From an uncultured archaeon (GTDB taxonomy: Archaea; Thermoproteota; Bathyarchaeia; Bathyarchaeales; Bathycorpusculaceae), in assembly GCA_963810275.1 (NCBI GenBank), contig CAWENF010000004.1, positions 40,906 through 104,905 of the forward strand: a stretch of 64,000 nt of DNA. Direction: 5' to 3'. Positions 31,707 through 43,000 of the stretch are shown piece by piece. Position numbers and translations under genes: made by a program. Below the pieces are notes generated by a model, which saw only the letters and a list, made by a program, of their open reading frames with translations, was not told the DNA's origin and made no database searches. Numbering within the stretch: the first letter of the stretch is position 1; each line of letters begins with the position of its first letter.

Positions 31707-33811
31707 TAGTAAATTAGAACCCTTTGACCAAGAACGCATTACAGTAGCCATTTACAAAGCTGCAAAAGCAGTCGGCGGTAAAGATAAAGAGCAGGCTAAA
31801 AAAATTAGTGACGACGTCGTAGCTGAACTTAACCGACTCTATGGCGATGACGGTGTCCCCACAGTTGAGGAAATTCAGGATCTCGTAGAAAAATGCCTCA
31901 TCGAAAACGGACACGCCCAAACAGCCAAAGCCTACATCCTCTACCGCAAACAACACAACGACATGCGCGAGTTAGCGGCACTTCTGAGCAGCTCCGACAT
32001 GGTCGACCAGTATATAGAAGTAGAAGACTGGCGCGTAAAAGAAAACAGCAACATGAGCTACTCATTGCAAGGCTTAAACAACTACCTCTCTTCAACAGTC
32101 ATCGCTAAGTACTGGATCGCCCGTATATACCCCGAAGACATCGCAGCAGCCCACTTCTCAGGTGACATTCACATCCACGACCTAGGCGTCTTGGGACCAT
32201 ACTGTGTAGGCTGGGACGTCTCAGACCTCCTCTTATCTGGATTTGGTGGAGTGCACGGCAAAATCGAGAGCAAACCCGCCAAACACTTCCGAACCGCCCT
32301 TGGACAAGTGGTGAATTTCTTTTACACCCTTCAAGGCGAAGCAGCAGGTGCGCAGGCGTTTAGCAACTTCGACTCCTACCTTGCACCTTTCATACGCTAC
32401 GACCACCTAAACCAAAGAGACGTTGAACAGGCACTGCAAGAATTCTTCTTCAACATGAACGTGCCCACCCGCGTCGGCTTCCAAACCCCATTCACAAACC
32501 TCACCTTAGACCTGAACGTACCCGAATTCATGAAAGACGACGCCGTCATATACAACGGAAAAGTCACAGGTGACACCTACGGCGACTTCTCAAAAGAAAT
32601 GGAGATGTTCAATCTCGCCTTTGCCAAAGGTATGGAGCAGGGCGACTCAAAAGGGCGCGTTTTTACCTTCCCCATCCCAACCTACAACATCACCAAGGAC
32701 TTTGACTGGGATTCGCCAACTTCACAGGCAATCTTTGAAGTAACCGCCAAGTATGGTGTGCCGTACTTTAGCAACTTTGTTAACAGCGACATGAAACCCG
32801 AAGATGTCCGTAGCATGTGTTGCCGACTACGCATCGACAATCGTGAGCTGCGCAAACGAGGCGGTGGCTTCTTTGGCGCTAATCCCCTCACAGGCAGCAT
32901 AGGCGTAGTAACGTTGAACCTGCCCCGGGTCGGCTATCTCTCAAGGGACGAGGATGATTTCTTTGAGAAACTCAGCGGGCTTATGGAAACTGCTAAAACC
33001 AGCCTCGAACTCAAACGCAAAGTACTCGAAGGCTTCACTGAGAAAGGTCTTTACCCTTACTCGCGCCGCTACCTTCGTCACGTCAAAGAAGGGCACGACC
33101 GATATTGGAAGAACCACTTCTCCACAATCGGCATAGTCGGTGTCAACGAAGCCATCCTAAACCTGCTTGGGCAAAACATCGCCTCCAAAGACGGACAAGC
33201 ATTCGCAGTAAAGATGCTAACCTATATGCGTCAACGCCTCTCAGAGTACCAGGAGGAAACAGGCGCCATCTACAACCTCGAAGCCACACCCGCCGAGGGT
33301 ACCGCCTACCGCCTTGCGCGCCTTGACCGCAAACGCTACCAGCGACATAATTTTTGCCAATCAAAGACAAATCGTGTCCGAGCATGCTGAGCCTTTCTAC
33401 ACGAACTCGTCTCAATTGCCCGTGGACTTCTCAGGCGACCTATTCGAAGCACTTGAGCATCAGGAATCTTTGCAGACACTCTACACTGGTGGAACAGTCT
33501 TCCACATCTTCCTAGGTGAACGCCTGCCCACCTGGAAATCCGCTGCGGAACTCATCAAAAAAGTTAGCTGGAACTCACGCCTACCTTACTTCACGCTGTC
33601 GCCTACGTTTAGCATTTGCCCGACACACGGATACACAGCAGGCGAACATCGAGTTTGCCCCACGTGTGGCTCAAGAAGCGAAATATACAGCCGTGTCGTC
33701 GGTTACCTGCGTCCCGTTGATCAATGGAACGACGGTAAACAAGCAGAGTTTGGCATGCGTACGACCTTTGACCGCTCAACAGTAACAAAAACAGCGCCGA
33801 TAATAGCTTAG
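31684..33811 (+). CDS. nrdD: Class III anaerobic ribonucleoside-triphosphate reductase (probable +1 C error near 33340)
   Basis: N-terminal ATP cone, SMCCRL, TPAEG, Zn site CPTH...CPTC, and glycyl-radical loop YSRVVGYLRP. Confidence 0.95.
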
Positions 33812-33825
33812 GTGAACCTTCCTAA

Positions 33826-34503
33826 ATGAAGTTCAGCGGACTGCAAAAAACCAGCTTGCTTGATTTCCCAGACCGGATCGCCTCTGTTCTTTTCACGCCA
33901 GGATGTAACCTACGGTGCCCCTACTGTCACAACTGGAAAATAGCCATCGACCCTCAACCTCCCTTTCTACAGGAAGGCGCTGCATTAAACATTCTGCTAA
34001 GCCGCAAACGTTACGTGGACTCCGTGGTTATCACAGGTGGCGAACCTTGTATGCACAAGGAGCTGCCGCGCTTTATTGCTAAGCTCAAAGAAAACGGGTT
34101 TGCAGTGAAATTGGATACTAACGGTTTTTTCCCCGAGGTTTTAAGGGAGTGTATGGATAGGGTCAGCTACATTGCGTTGGACCTTAAGACTTCACCCCAA
34201 AAGTATACACTGCTTGGCGCAGACGATACTGAAGGGTTGATGCGTTCAATCGAGCTTCTCAAATCGGGTTCGGTGCCTTTTGAGTTCCGAACCACTGTTG
34301 TGCCTGAAATCGTAGAAGCTGCCGACATCCCTATAATGGGCGAACTGTCGAAGGGAGCAAAAACTTATGCACTGCAGCAGTTTATCCCGGACAGCACACT
34401 TGATAAGCGGTGCCAAAACGTAAAGCCGTACGCACCTGAAGAAATCGCTGGCTTTGCTGAAGTGCTAAAAAAATATGTCGCCTACGTGGTTCTACGGTTT
34501 TAG
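33826..34503 (+). CDS. nrdG: Anaerobic RNR activating radical-SAM protein
   Basis: GCNLRCPYCHN, TGGEP and KLDTNG motifs; follows nrdD. Confidence 0.95.
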   Translation: MKFSGLQKTSLLDFPDRIASVLFTPGCNLRCPYCHNWKIAIDPQPPFLQEGAALNILLSRKRYVDSVVITGGEPCMHKELPRFIAKLKENGFAVKLDTNGFFPEVLRECMDRVSYIALDLKTSPQKYTLLGADDTEGLMRSIELLKSGSVPFEFRTTVVPEIVEAADIPIMGELSKGAKTYALQQFIPDSTLDKRCQNVKPYAPEEIAGFAEVLKKYVAYVVLRF

Positions 34504-34672
34504 CTCTCTGTTTTAACCCTCTTTCTATTGTTTTTGCTGCCTGAAATGTCCTTAACCAGGGGGTTTATATTTCATCCTTTACCTGGGTTCGTGGCGGCTT
34601 ATCCAGAAGATTTAAGTTCATAGTCCGTATTGAAAGACCACTAAAACCCCAAACATAATCTGCAACATATGT

Positions 34673-34751
34673 GGGGCCGTCGTCTAGCTTGGATTAGGAT
34701 ACTTGCTTGGGGTGCAAGCGATCCTGAGTTCGAATCTCAGCGGCCCCACCA
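34673..34751 (+). tRNA. tRNA-Pro(GGG), intronless, CCA encoded
   Basis: Acceptor stem GGGGCCG/CGGCCCC-A-CCA; anticodon arm CTTGC-TTGGGGT-GCAAG; T-arm CTGAG-TTCGAAT-CTCAG. Confidence 0.97.
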
Positions 34752-34938
34752 TACTAATAACACACAAAGAGTTTATCGAATAACGGTTAAGTTCACGTTA
34801 TTGTGTTATGTTAACGGTTCTTCGATGCCTATTATAATAGTCTAATGCAAGATAGTGGTAAATATTACTAAACGACGACTAAGATACCGAACATGATTGA
34901 ATCCCCAAAATTATAATTGATTTGTAAATTCACTGGTG

Positions 34939-35127
34939 TCAAATTTTGCATGATTCAAATATTTTTTTGCTTTTCTGGGTAAGGTGTGAAACACTGCTTT
35001 TTCTTTGTGGCTGAAAGGGGGGTAGCTTCGCACACTTTTCGTTTAGACTACTTTTTTGATCTGCTCTGTCCATCTGGGTTTTTGTATCGTCTTGCTTTGA
35101 TTTTTGCTTAGCTGTTGCTTTTTCCAA
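34939..35127 (-). CDS. Possible small basic hypothetical protein
   Basis: 62-aa Lys/Gln-rich ORF in an otherwise empty gap, with no recognisable motif. Confidence 0.25.
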   Translation of the reverse strand: MEKATAKQKSKQDDTKTQMDRADQKSSLNEKCAKLPPFQPQRKSSVSHLTQKSKKIFESCKI

Positions 35128-35349
35128 CGGAAGTTGGTTTAGTCACAAGCATAGTTAGCGGTTTCTGTGGGATACTTCCTTTTGTGTGCTGAAAAATTTT
35201 TCTTACTAATCTTTTGGCTTTTAACTGTTGATTCATGATTTTGGGCTGCGTGTTGTTTTGTTTTTAATTAGGAGGGAAAAACAGCTGTTAACAAAGCATT
35301 TAGTATTGATACATGTTTCCGGCGAGTCTTAAATAGCCAGCTCGACTGT

Positions 35350-35571
35350 ATGTTTACTATAGGAGACTCTAGATTGGCTGGCGAATTCGAAAAACGAGTA
35401 AAAGAGCTAAAGCTTGACCCTAAATTCGAGAAAACAATTCTTGAAATGTTCAACGAAGCCTCTAACGAAGACCCTTGCATGAAATGCGGCTCAAAAGAAG
35501 GATGCGAGAACTTTAAGTGGCACAAAAAATATCTCAACACCGATCAATGCGGCTGCGAGTTCTGTCCATAG
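35350..35571 (+). CDS. Small Cys-rich hypothetical protein
   Basis: CMKC-x5-C and a terminal CGCEFC. A TATA-like CTTAAATA lies about 20 nt upstream, suggesting a leaderless transcript. Confidence 0.6.
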   Translation: MFTIGDSRLAGEFEKRVKELKLDPKFEKTILEMFNEASNEDPCMKCGSKEGCENFKWHKKYLNTDQCGCEFCP

Positions 35572-35719
35572 ACTCTAATTTTTCAAAAGTTTTAGCGTAA
35601 TCTCAATTATTGTTTCATTTTTTGGCTTTGAGCGCTTTATCGAGGTTTATATTTTTTGGTTTTCACCGACATAAAAGCCCCAGTTTATAGAAAGCATTTA
35701 AATGCTGCTCGAGCCGTTT

Positions 35720-35838
35720 AGCAAAGAATATCTACATGCGTTTGTACCTGAATCTACAGGGTGAACTCGCAAACCAAATCTGGGGAGATATGGTTTTGCT
35801 TGTCACTGTATGCAGCTTGGGTGTATAGGCTGTATGTG
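35720..35838 (+). promoter_or_regulatory. Structured 5' leader of citrate synthase (candidate cis-regulatory RNA)
   Basis: Follows BRE/TATA GAAAGCATTTAAA. Stems AGCAAAG/TTTTGCT, ATATCT/AGATAT, TGCG/CGCA, CCTG/CAGG and CCA/TGG, then ATGCAGCTTG/TAGGCTGTAT. Confidence 0.4.
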
Positions 35839-35846
35839 GAAGTGAA

Positions 35847-36986
35847 TTGACTATGTGTGAAAACAATGAAAAAGCAGTTATCCGCGGCTTAAGAGACGTC
35901 GCTGCGGCCGAAACAAGAATTAGTTTCGTAAACCCGAATGGGTCCCTTTACTATTTAGGCTACAACATAGATGACTTTGTTGGAAATGCCAAGTACTCCG
36001 AAATAGCGTATTTGCTTATACACCGGAAGCTGCCCAACGAACAGGAACTCATTGACTTCAGCGACCAACTTTTTAAAGAAATGCATTTACCAGAGGCTAT
36101 AGTTAAAAGCATTAAGAACACGCCCAAAAATTGTCACCCCATGGACGTGTTGCGCACCGAAGTTTCACATTTAGGTGAGTACGATCCAGACAACGGCGAC
36201 TACTCACAGGCAGCAAACCTGCGCCGAGCCATACGATTAGTTGCTCAGGTGCCCACGATTGTTGCTACACTTCACCGAACACGGCAGGGACTTCCTGTTC
36301 CTGAACCAAAAAAAGAGTTTGCATTCAGCCAAAACTTCCTTTATCTATTCAAAGGCTCAGAACCCGACGAAAAAGAAGAAAGCGTCATTCACCGCTACAT
36401 GATTCTTCACGCCGACCACGGCTTCAACGCCTCCACATTTGCTGCCCGTGTAACCGCAAGTACAAACTCTGATATGTACTCAGCCATAACCTCCGCTATC
36501 GGAACGCTTAAGGGGCCACTGCACGGGGGCGCAAGCGAGAAAGTCATGGATATGCTTGACGAAATAAACATTGAAGAAGAAGTCGAAGAGTACATTCAGG
36601 GCTTGTTGGATGAGAAAAAGAAAATAATGGGCTTCGGTCACCGCGTCTACAAAACCCAAGACCCTCGCACTAAGCACCTCAGACTCATAGTGGAGGACTT
36701 TGCTCATCGTGAACGCTCTTTGGGGTTGTACAACCGCTGTATGAAAATTGAGCAGCTGGTCTACGAGAAAAAACAGATTTACCCCAACGTGGACTTCTAC
36801 GCAGCTGTCGCAATGGACGCCCTAGACGTGCCAAAAACGTTCTTCCCGCTGTTCTTTGCGTCTAGCAGAATATCTGGCTGGGTAGCTCACGTGCTTGAGC
36901 AGTACGAAGATGCGGTGCTTCTGCGTCCACAGGGTCACTACGTCGGCGACTTCGAATGTAAGTTTATCCCAATCGAAGAACGCTAA
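35847..36986 (+). CDS. gltA: Citrate (Si)-synthase / 2-methylcitrate synthase family
   Basis: HADHGFNAST, GPLHGGA, MGFGHRVYK..DPR and YPNVDF motifs. Confidence 0.93.
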   Translation: MTMCENNEKAVIRGLRDVAAAETRISFVNPNGSLYYLGYNIDDFVGNAKYSEIAYLLIHRKLPNEQELIDFSDQLFKEMHLPEAIVKSIKNTPKNCHPMDVLRTEVSHLGEYDPDNGDYSQAANLRRAIRLVAQVPTIVATLHRTRQGLPVPEPKKEFAFSQNFLYLFKGSEPDEKEESVIHRYMILHADHGFNASTFAARVTASTNSDMYSAITSAIGTLKGPLHGGASEKVMDMLDEINIEEEVEEYIQGLLDEKKKIMGFGHRVYKTQDPRTKHLRLIVEDFAHRERSLGLYNRCMKIEQLVYEKKQIYPNVDFYAAVAMDALDVPKTFFPLFFASSRISGWVAHVLEQYEDAVLLRPQGHYVGDFECKFIPIEER

Positions 36987-37050
36987 AAACCTTTCTTCTT
37001 TTTTATTTTTACATTGATTCCCTAAACAGATAAAACAGATTTTTCGCCTT

Positions 37051-38536
37051 TTAGAATACTGAAGTCAGGAAATGCATAATCACATCTGGGAATATACCGA
37101 TTAATAATGAAATCACCGCCAAGGCACAAAGTGGCGCTGTCATAACAAGCGGGGCTTCTTTGACGTTTTTCATTTCTTCTTTTAGGGGTCCGAAGAAGAT
37201 GCGTACTGTCAGGCCAGAACGTGTAAGCTGAAGTGAGGAATGTTGCAAATATGCCTACCACTGCAAGTATCAGAAGGCGGTGCCTGGTCAAGCCCTGCGT
37301 AAAGACGCCCGTGAACAGTATCCATTCTGCTTGGAAACCACTTAGCGGCGGGATAGCTGACAGGATCATGGCGCCCAATATGCATAGTGTTGCGGTTAGC
37401 GGCATTTTTTGGGCTAAGCCGCCCATTTCTTTGATGTTTCTTGTGCCTGTCTGTGTTACAAGTATGCCTGCCACTGAGAACAGGATAGCTTTGCCTATGA
37501 TGTGGCTTATGAAGTAGAATACGCCTCCTTCGACGCCTATAGCGTTCATGCTGGCTAACCCCAGAATCGAGTAGGCGGTTTGTCCAATGGTAGAGCAGGC
37601 GAAGAGGCGTTTGATATCATTTTGCCCTATAGTCAGATATGCGCCGTAGAGCATGGTGATTACTGCGAGCGCCATAAGCGGCAGACTAAACACTTGGAAT
37701 ATGCCCAGCATATTCTGGTAGAGCAGCCGCGCAATCATGTATGTGCCAAAGCCCACGATGGTAGCCAATACGGCGGCGATGGATGTTGGGTGTTCTGCGT
37801 GGACGAGCGGCAGCCATACGTGGAAGCCAAACGTAGCCATCTTAACCAATAAGCCGATGAGGATTAACCCGCATACCAGCAGTCCCAGTTCGCCGGACAA
37901 AGCCGAAAGTGAGGTTATAGCGAAGCTTCCTGTGTTGACTGCGGCGATTACTGCGCCGATTAGGAATACGACTGCTCCTATTTGTGTCCAGACAAACGAC
38001 ATCATGGCGATGCGGTGGCGGTCGTTGTAGCCAAAAACGTCCATTAAAACGTAGAATGGAATTAAGCCTGACTCTAAGAAGAGGAATAGCTCGATGGTGT
38101 TGGTTGATAGGGCTCCTCCGATTAAGCCGACTGGGAACAGTAGAAACAGTGAATAGTAGAGTGCGTAGGTACCAGGTTTTTCTTTGCCGTAGAGGTGGTC
38201 GATTCGGTGGTCCATGTAGTTTACTGAGTAGATTGCCATAGCGGCGCAGATTATACTCATAGCTAACGCGACGGGGATGCTTAAGCCGTCTGCGAGTAAC
38301 CCAAAATCAAGTTGGAACACAATTGTTCCCCAAGCATAGGACTCGGTTACTGTGCCGCCTTGGGTCCATATCTGCACCGCAACAACAGCTAAGAGGGCGA
38401 CCTGATAGAGGATTGCTGCGGCGGCTATCCAGCCAGTGTTTCTCTTAAGATGCTTACCCAACAATGCGCAGGCGACTGCTGCAATTAAAGGCACAATTAC
38501 TGCTTGTAAAAGCATTGCGGGAATTGGGATAATCAT
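37051..38536 (-). CDS. NuoM/MrpD-like antiporter subunit (probable +1 error near 37210)
   Basis: HVWLPLVHAEHP and PPLSGFQAEW motifs. The C-terminus continues in ORF 37051-37248 (KEAPLVMTAP). Confidence 0.88.
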
Positions 38537-40621
38537 CTATATGAATCCTCCCAGCCATAGTATAATCAGGATAACCACAAGAATAACCAAGAAGTACACC
38601 ATGTTGATTCTGAGTTTTCCAGTCTGAAGCTTTCTGAAAACACCGCTAAGTCCCTTAAAGCCTCCGGCTATGCCGAAGTTGATGGCTTGGTTTAGCGGGT
38701 TTTCAATGTACTTCTGAACCAAAGGCGCAAGACGAGTTGTGGGCTCCACAAAGGCTTTCATGTAGAACTCATTGATGTACCAGCGGTTCCACAAAAACTT
38801 GTAAAGACCTCTAAGCACACTGCTTTTTGCTACGATGGCATCAGGGTTAGATTTGCTGGATATGTAGAATCGGTAAGCTGGGACTGCACCTATAACAATC
38901 ATAAGCGTAGACGCTATGGCTACCACGATTTCCAAACTCAAACCGTTAAGCACCGTGTGCGTGACGGCAGTTTCGCCTGCTATGGTCAACCCAAACGAAT
39001 ATACATAGTAGTTTTGGAATGCGCCTGTCAGGTAGTCGTTTGCTATGGGTCCAATTAAGCCTATAAGAACCGTTAAAACCGCCAAAATAGCATACGGCAG
39101 CACAAGCATCCAGTGCCCCTCTTCACCGTGAACGTGGTCTGTTTGGTCAACATGGTCCTCAAATTCGTGTTCGCGATGGACGTTGCCGTCTGGAGGTCCA
39201 GTGTGGAACACCAACCCCATTATCCTGATAGAGTAAAAAGCTGTAAAGATAACTGATATCAAGGCTACGGCGAAGATTGCGTACTGCCCACTTTCAAAGC
39301 AGGCTAACAATATGCTGTCTTTACTCCAGAAGCCTGAGAGCGGGAACAGCCCCATAAGCGCCAAGGCGCCTATCCACATGAAAGTCCACGTATAACGCAT
39401 CTTTTTTGGGTTCAAGTTCATTTCGTGCAGATAAATAGAGCCGGAAGCGTGGATAACTACGCCTGCGCACAGGAAGAGTACAACTTTGAAGATGCCATGA
39501 TTTATCAAGAAGAAGATCGATGATGAGGTCCCCGCCACAAGCGTGTCAGAGCTCAAACCAGCGATGCCCAATGCGAGTATCATGTAACCGATGGTGCTCA
39601 TAGTAGAGTACGCTAATGCTTTTTTGAGTTCTTTAGCTACAATTGCTTGTGTGCCCCCCATAAACGCTGTGAAGCCACCGATGACTGCTGCTAAGATGAA
39701 GAATGTTAGTGCTTCGGGGATGGCGGGGGTTGTTACCCATGCGGCGAAGAAGAATATTGGGAGCATGCGGGCGATTAGGTAGACTCCTGCTTTGACCATG
39801 GTGGCTGCGTGGATTAGGGCGGATACGGGGGTGGGGCCTGACATTGCTTCGGGTAGCCATTCGTGGAATGGGAACTGCGCTGACTTCGCAAAGGGTCCGA
39901 GGAGCAGCAGCACGCAGGTCAACGCTAGGATGCCGGGGGTTGATGCCATCTGTGGAAGCCAGGTGCCCGCCGTCTGCATCAGCTCCAAGAAGTTGAAGGT
40001 GTGAGCATAAAGATAGAGGATAATGATTCCAGCGAGTAAGGCGGTGTCTCCAAATGTGGTAATGAGCAGCGCTTTTAGTCCGTTGCGGCTTGGCTTCTGG
40101 AACGGAAACGGAGCGGGTCCACCTATCCAGTGTTTCTTTTCATCACGGTAGTAGTAGCCGATTAAGCCGAAGCTGCAGATGCTAACCAGCTTCCACCCCA
40201 CGAACATCATGATAAAGTTGTCCGCCAAAACCAGTAGCAGCATGGATGCCATGAAGAGCTGCATGAAGAACCAGAAACGTGCGATGCCGGAGTCGTCTTC
40301 CATGTACTTGGTGGAGTAAACCATGATCAGGAAGCTTAGGAAAGCTACTATGTTGGCAATTATTATGCTCAATGTATCTACGAGTAAGCCTGCGTTGACT
40401 TGGGCGCCTGCGATGCTCACCCAGAACAGGGATTGGTCGATGGTTTGATTGCTAAACAACGTGGGGAGCATGAGTAGCGTCATAACCCAGCCCACCGCAG
40501 TCGTTGTGATTACGGTAGCGTTCATGACTTTGCGGTTAACCTTATTTAACACAAGTGCGGCTAAGGCTCCGATAACTGGGAAAATCCAGCATAGCCACGG
40601 TGCAATATCGATTATCTGCAT
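38537..40621 (-). CDS. NuoL/MrpA-like antiporter subunit
   Basis: KSAQFPFHEWLPEAMSGPTPVSALIHAATMVKAG, GFWSKD, and a C-terminal transverse helix ending LQTG. Confidence 0.92.
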   Translation of the reverse strand: MQIIDIAPWLCWIFPVIGALAALVLNKVNRKVMNATVITTTAVGWVMTLLMLPTLFSNQTIDQSLFWVSIAGAQVNAGLLVDTLSIIIANIVAFLSFLIMVYSTKYMEDDSGIARFWFFMQLFMASMLLLVLADNFIMMFVGWKLVSICSFGLIGYYYRDEKKHWIGGPAPFPFQKPSRNGLKALLITTFGDTALLAGIIILYLYAHTFNFLELMQTAGTWLPQMASTPGILALTCVLLLLGPFAKSAQFPFHEWLPEAMSGPTPVSALIHAATMVKAGVYLIARMLPIFFFAAWVTTPAIPEALTFFILAAVIGGFTAFMGGTQAIVAKELKKALAYSTMSTIGYMILALGIAGLSSDTLVAGTSSSIFFLINHGIFKVVLFLCAGVVIHASGSIYLHEMNLNPKKMRYTWTFMWIGALALMGLFPLSGFWSKDSILLACFESGQYAIFAVALISVIFTAFYSIRIMGLVFHTGPPDGNVHREHEFEDHVDQTDHVHGEEGHWMLVLPYAILAVLTVLIGLIGPIANDYLTGAFQNYYVYSFGLTIAGETAVTHTVLNGLSLEIVVAIASTLMIVIGAVPAYRFYISSKSNPDAIVAKSSVLRGLYKFLWNRWYINEFYMKAFVEPTTRLAPLVQKYIENPLNQAINFGIAGGFKGLSGVFRKLQTGKLRINMVYFLVILVVILIILWLGGFI

Positions 40622-42089
40622 TTAGGCGGCGCCTCCAAATGCTGTTAAAGCGTTGGCTGCGTTTTGGGCAAACGTAACCAGCGGGTCTGGGTAAACTCCA
40701 AGTAAAACGATGAATACTGTTAGGGCACATATGGGGATGAGCATCAGGTATGGTGCTTCTTTTGTCTGCTCAACCTTCGGCGAAGATATGGGTTGAATCA
40801 GGGTGTAGATAATGCGCAAGTAGAAGCCGCCCGAAATAATCACGTTAATCAAAAGGGCAAATCCTAGCCACGTCATATCCGCCGCCACCGTCGACGAGAA
40901 CAATGTGAGTTCGCCTGGGAAGCCGTTTAGAGGCGGCAACCCCACCAAGGCGGCAACAGAAAACGCTAAGGCAAGGGCTGTTAAAGGCATTTTGCGTCCC
41001 ACGCCCTGCATCTCGGAGAGATCATGTGTTCCAAGTCGGTAAATAATAGCTCCTGCGCAGAGAAAAGCTGCACCCTTCATTATGGCGTGGTTGAAGAACT
41101 GCAAAAAAGTCCCAGTTAAACCCATCTGGGTTCCTACAGCTAATCCGACTAGCATGTAGCCGACTTGTCCTATACTTGAGTATGCGAGCATGCGTTTCAG
41201 GTCGGTCTGCATCAGGGCGGTTACGTTGCCTACAATCATCGTTATGACTGCGAGTACAGCGAGCAAGGGTGCCCAGACCGCTTGAATGGATAGGAAAGAT
41301 GTAAAAAAGACTTTGGCTAAGGCGAAAATACCTGGACCAATTACTATACCTGCTAGTATGGCGGATATAGGTGCAGGCGCAGCGGTGTAGGCGTCGGGCA
41401 GCCAAGTATGCAGGGGGAAAACCGCTGCTTTAACACCGAAACCCAAGAAGATGAATAGTGCTGCCATATATATCCATCCGTTTGGGGCCGCACCTGCTAC
41501 TGAGGCGTTGAGTCCCTCAAAGTTAACGGTGCCAGATAACCCGTAGAGAAGGGATATTCCAAAGAGAGCTGTTGCGGAGCCTGCTGCGCTCATGATTAAG
41601 AATTTGAAGCTGGCTTCAATTTGCACGTTTTCTTCTTTGAAGAATGCGACTAGTGCGTAGGATGAGATTGACATTAGCTCCCAGAAAACGAACAAAATCA
41701 GCAGGTCGCCTGCGAAGACGATTCCGATCATGCCGCTGATTAGGGACAGGATTAGTGTGTAGTAGAAGGGTGATTCGGCTTTGTTTTTGGCGTAGGTCAC
41801 CGAGTATATGGTTGCCGCAATGCCTAAGCCCAGAAAGATAGTTGCCATAAAGATGCTTAAGGTGTCTACTCGTAGCGTTGCCCACGCCATGTCGTTGCTA
41901 GGGACATAAACCACCCTAGCACTAGTACATTTGCTTGTACAAATCGTACAAGCCGTACCCAACCGCTGACAGAGCAATTACGGTGAAGGCTCCCAAAACT
42001 TTATTTCTGTGCTGTTTGGGCGTCAACCAGCCTACTATGGGGGAAACAACAGTGAATAGTAAAAGTAAATCAAACGGTAACGTAAACAA
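40622..42089 (-). CDS. NuoN/MrpD-like antiporter subunit (probable indel near 41925)
   Basis: FWELMSI, PLHTWLPDAY and KRMLAYSSIGQ motifs. The N-terminus from TTG 42089 (MFTLPFDLLLL) is in another frame. Confidence 0.88.
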
Positions 42090-42097
42090 TCCTTTTC

Positions 42098-42415
42098 TTA
42101 CCCCCTCAACTTCCTTAACTCGTCAGAATCTAGTGTTCCATAATGCCGATAAATCAAAACAACAACCGCCAATGCCACTGCACTTAACGCACCCGCTAAA
42201 CCGATGGAGATGCTTGCAAACGAGTGCCCCATGGAATCTACAAAGCCTGGGTTGGCGTAGGCTGCAAACGTGATGAAGTTGATGTTCGCTGCATTAATCA
42301 GCATTTCAACTGCCCAATAATCAGGCGAATCAAGTTGCGTTTTGTCGCTAAACAATATATTCCGAGTATGTAAAGAGTCGAAAGAGAAGATGAGCCAGTA
42401 GGCAAGGTCAAGCAT
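42098..42415 (-). CDS. NuoK-like subunit (frameshifted)
   Basis: VEMLINAANINF...ALAVVVLIYRHYGTLD..LRKLRG. Confidence 0.8.
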   Translation of the reverse strand: MLDLAYWLIFSFDSLHTRNILFSDKTQLDSPDYWAVEMLINAANINFITFAAYANPGFVDSMGHSFASISIGLAGALSAVALAVVVLIYRHYGTLDSDELRKLRG

Positions 42416-42943
42416 GCGTTTTTCTCCTCCGTTTTTCAATAAGCCCAACGTTGCTGCTGCAGCTGCAAACAACACAAATGCTTGAGCAATCAAGGCTAAT
42501 CCGTCTTTGTTCCACATAAATCGGCTGTCTTCGGCGCCAACTTCACCGTTTACGCTAACAAAGCTGCCTGTCTGGTTTGAGGCATGGAAAACTGGGAACT
42601 CTTGCTGGAACGCCACAACTGAAAACAACGCACAGCCAAAACGGCAAATATGACTGCTACAAGAAATGCGGCATTTAGCTTCATTTTTTGCCTCCTTGCT
42701 GGTCGTCAACATTACTGCTGCCAAGAAAATGCGCGACGACTGCGCCTGCGTATATTAGGATTTGGAAAACAGCGACGTAGGGGGCGTTAAGAAGCCAGAA
42801 CAATCCGCCGATAGCTGATGCACATGCCGCAAAAACCAATTACTGCAGTGTAAGATATTTTTTGCTTCGATAGTGAAAAGTGCAAGAAGTATTGTTGCAA
42901 TCATTAGAGCAACCTGTAATACTTCATCTAGCGCTTACCCCAT
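42408..42943 (-). CDS. NuoJ-like subunit (several frameshifts; ends approximate)
   Basis: The reverse strand reads ...GLFWLLNAPYVAVFQILIYAGAV...LAAVMLT...LIAQAFVLFAAA. Confidence 0.75.
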
Positions 42944-43000
42944 CCCCTATATTACAGTTTAAAACAAAAACTTAATAGGAGGCTTTAAACTTTTTCGCAA

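Noticed and set aside
34752-35340. Integrated element or dif site downstream of tRNA-Pro
   Set aside because: I saw no integrase and no duplicated tRNA 3' end. TTATGTTAAC at 34806 resembles one Xer arm but has no matching opposite arm.
42098-42724. Apparent NuoJ-NuoK fusion ORF (208 aa)
   Set aside because: Frameshifts in both genes create the read-through, and NuoK has its own RBS and ATG at 42415.
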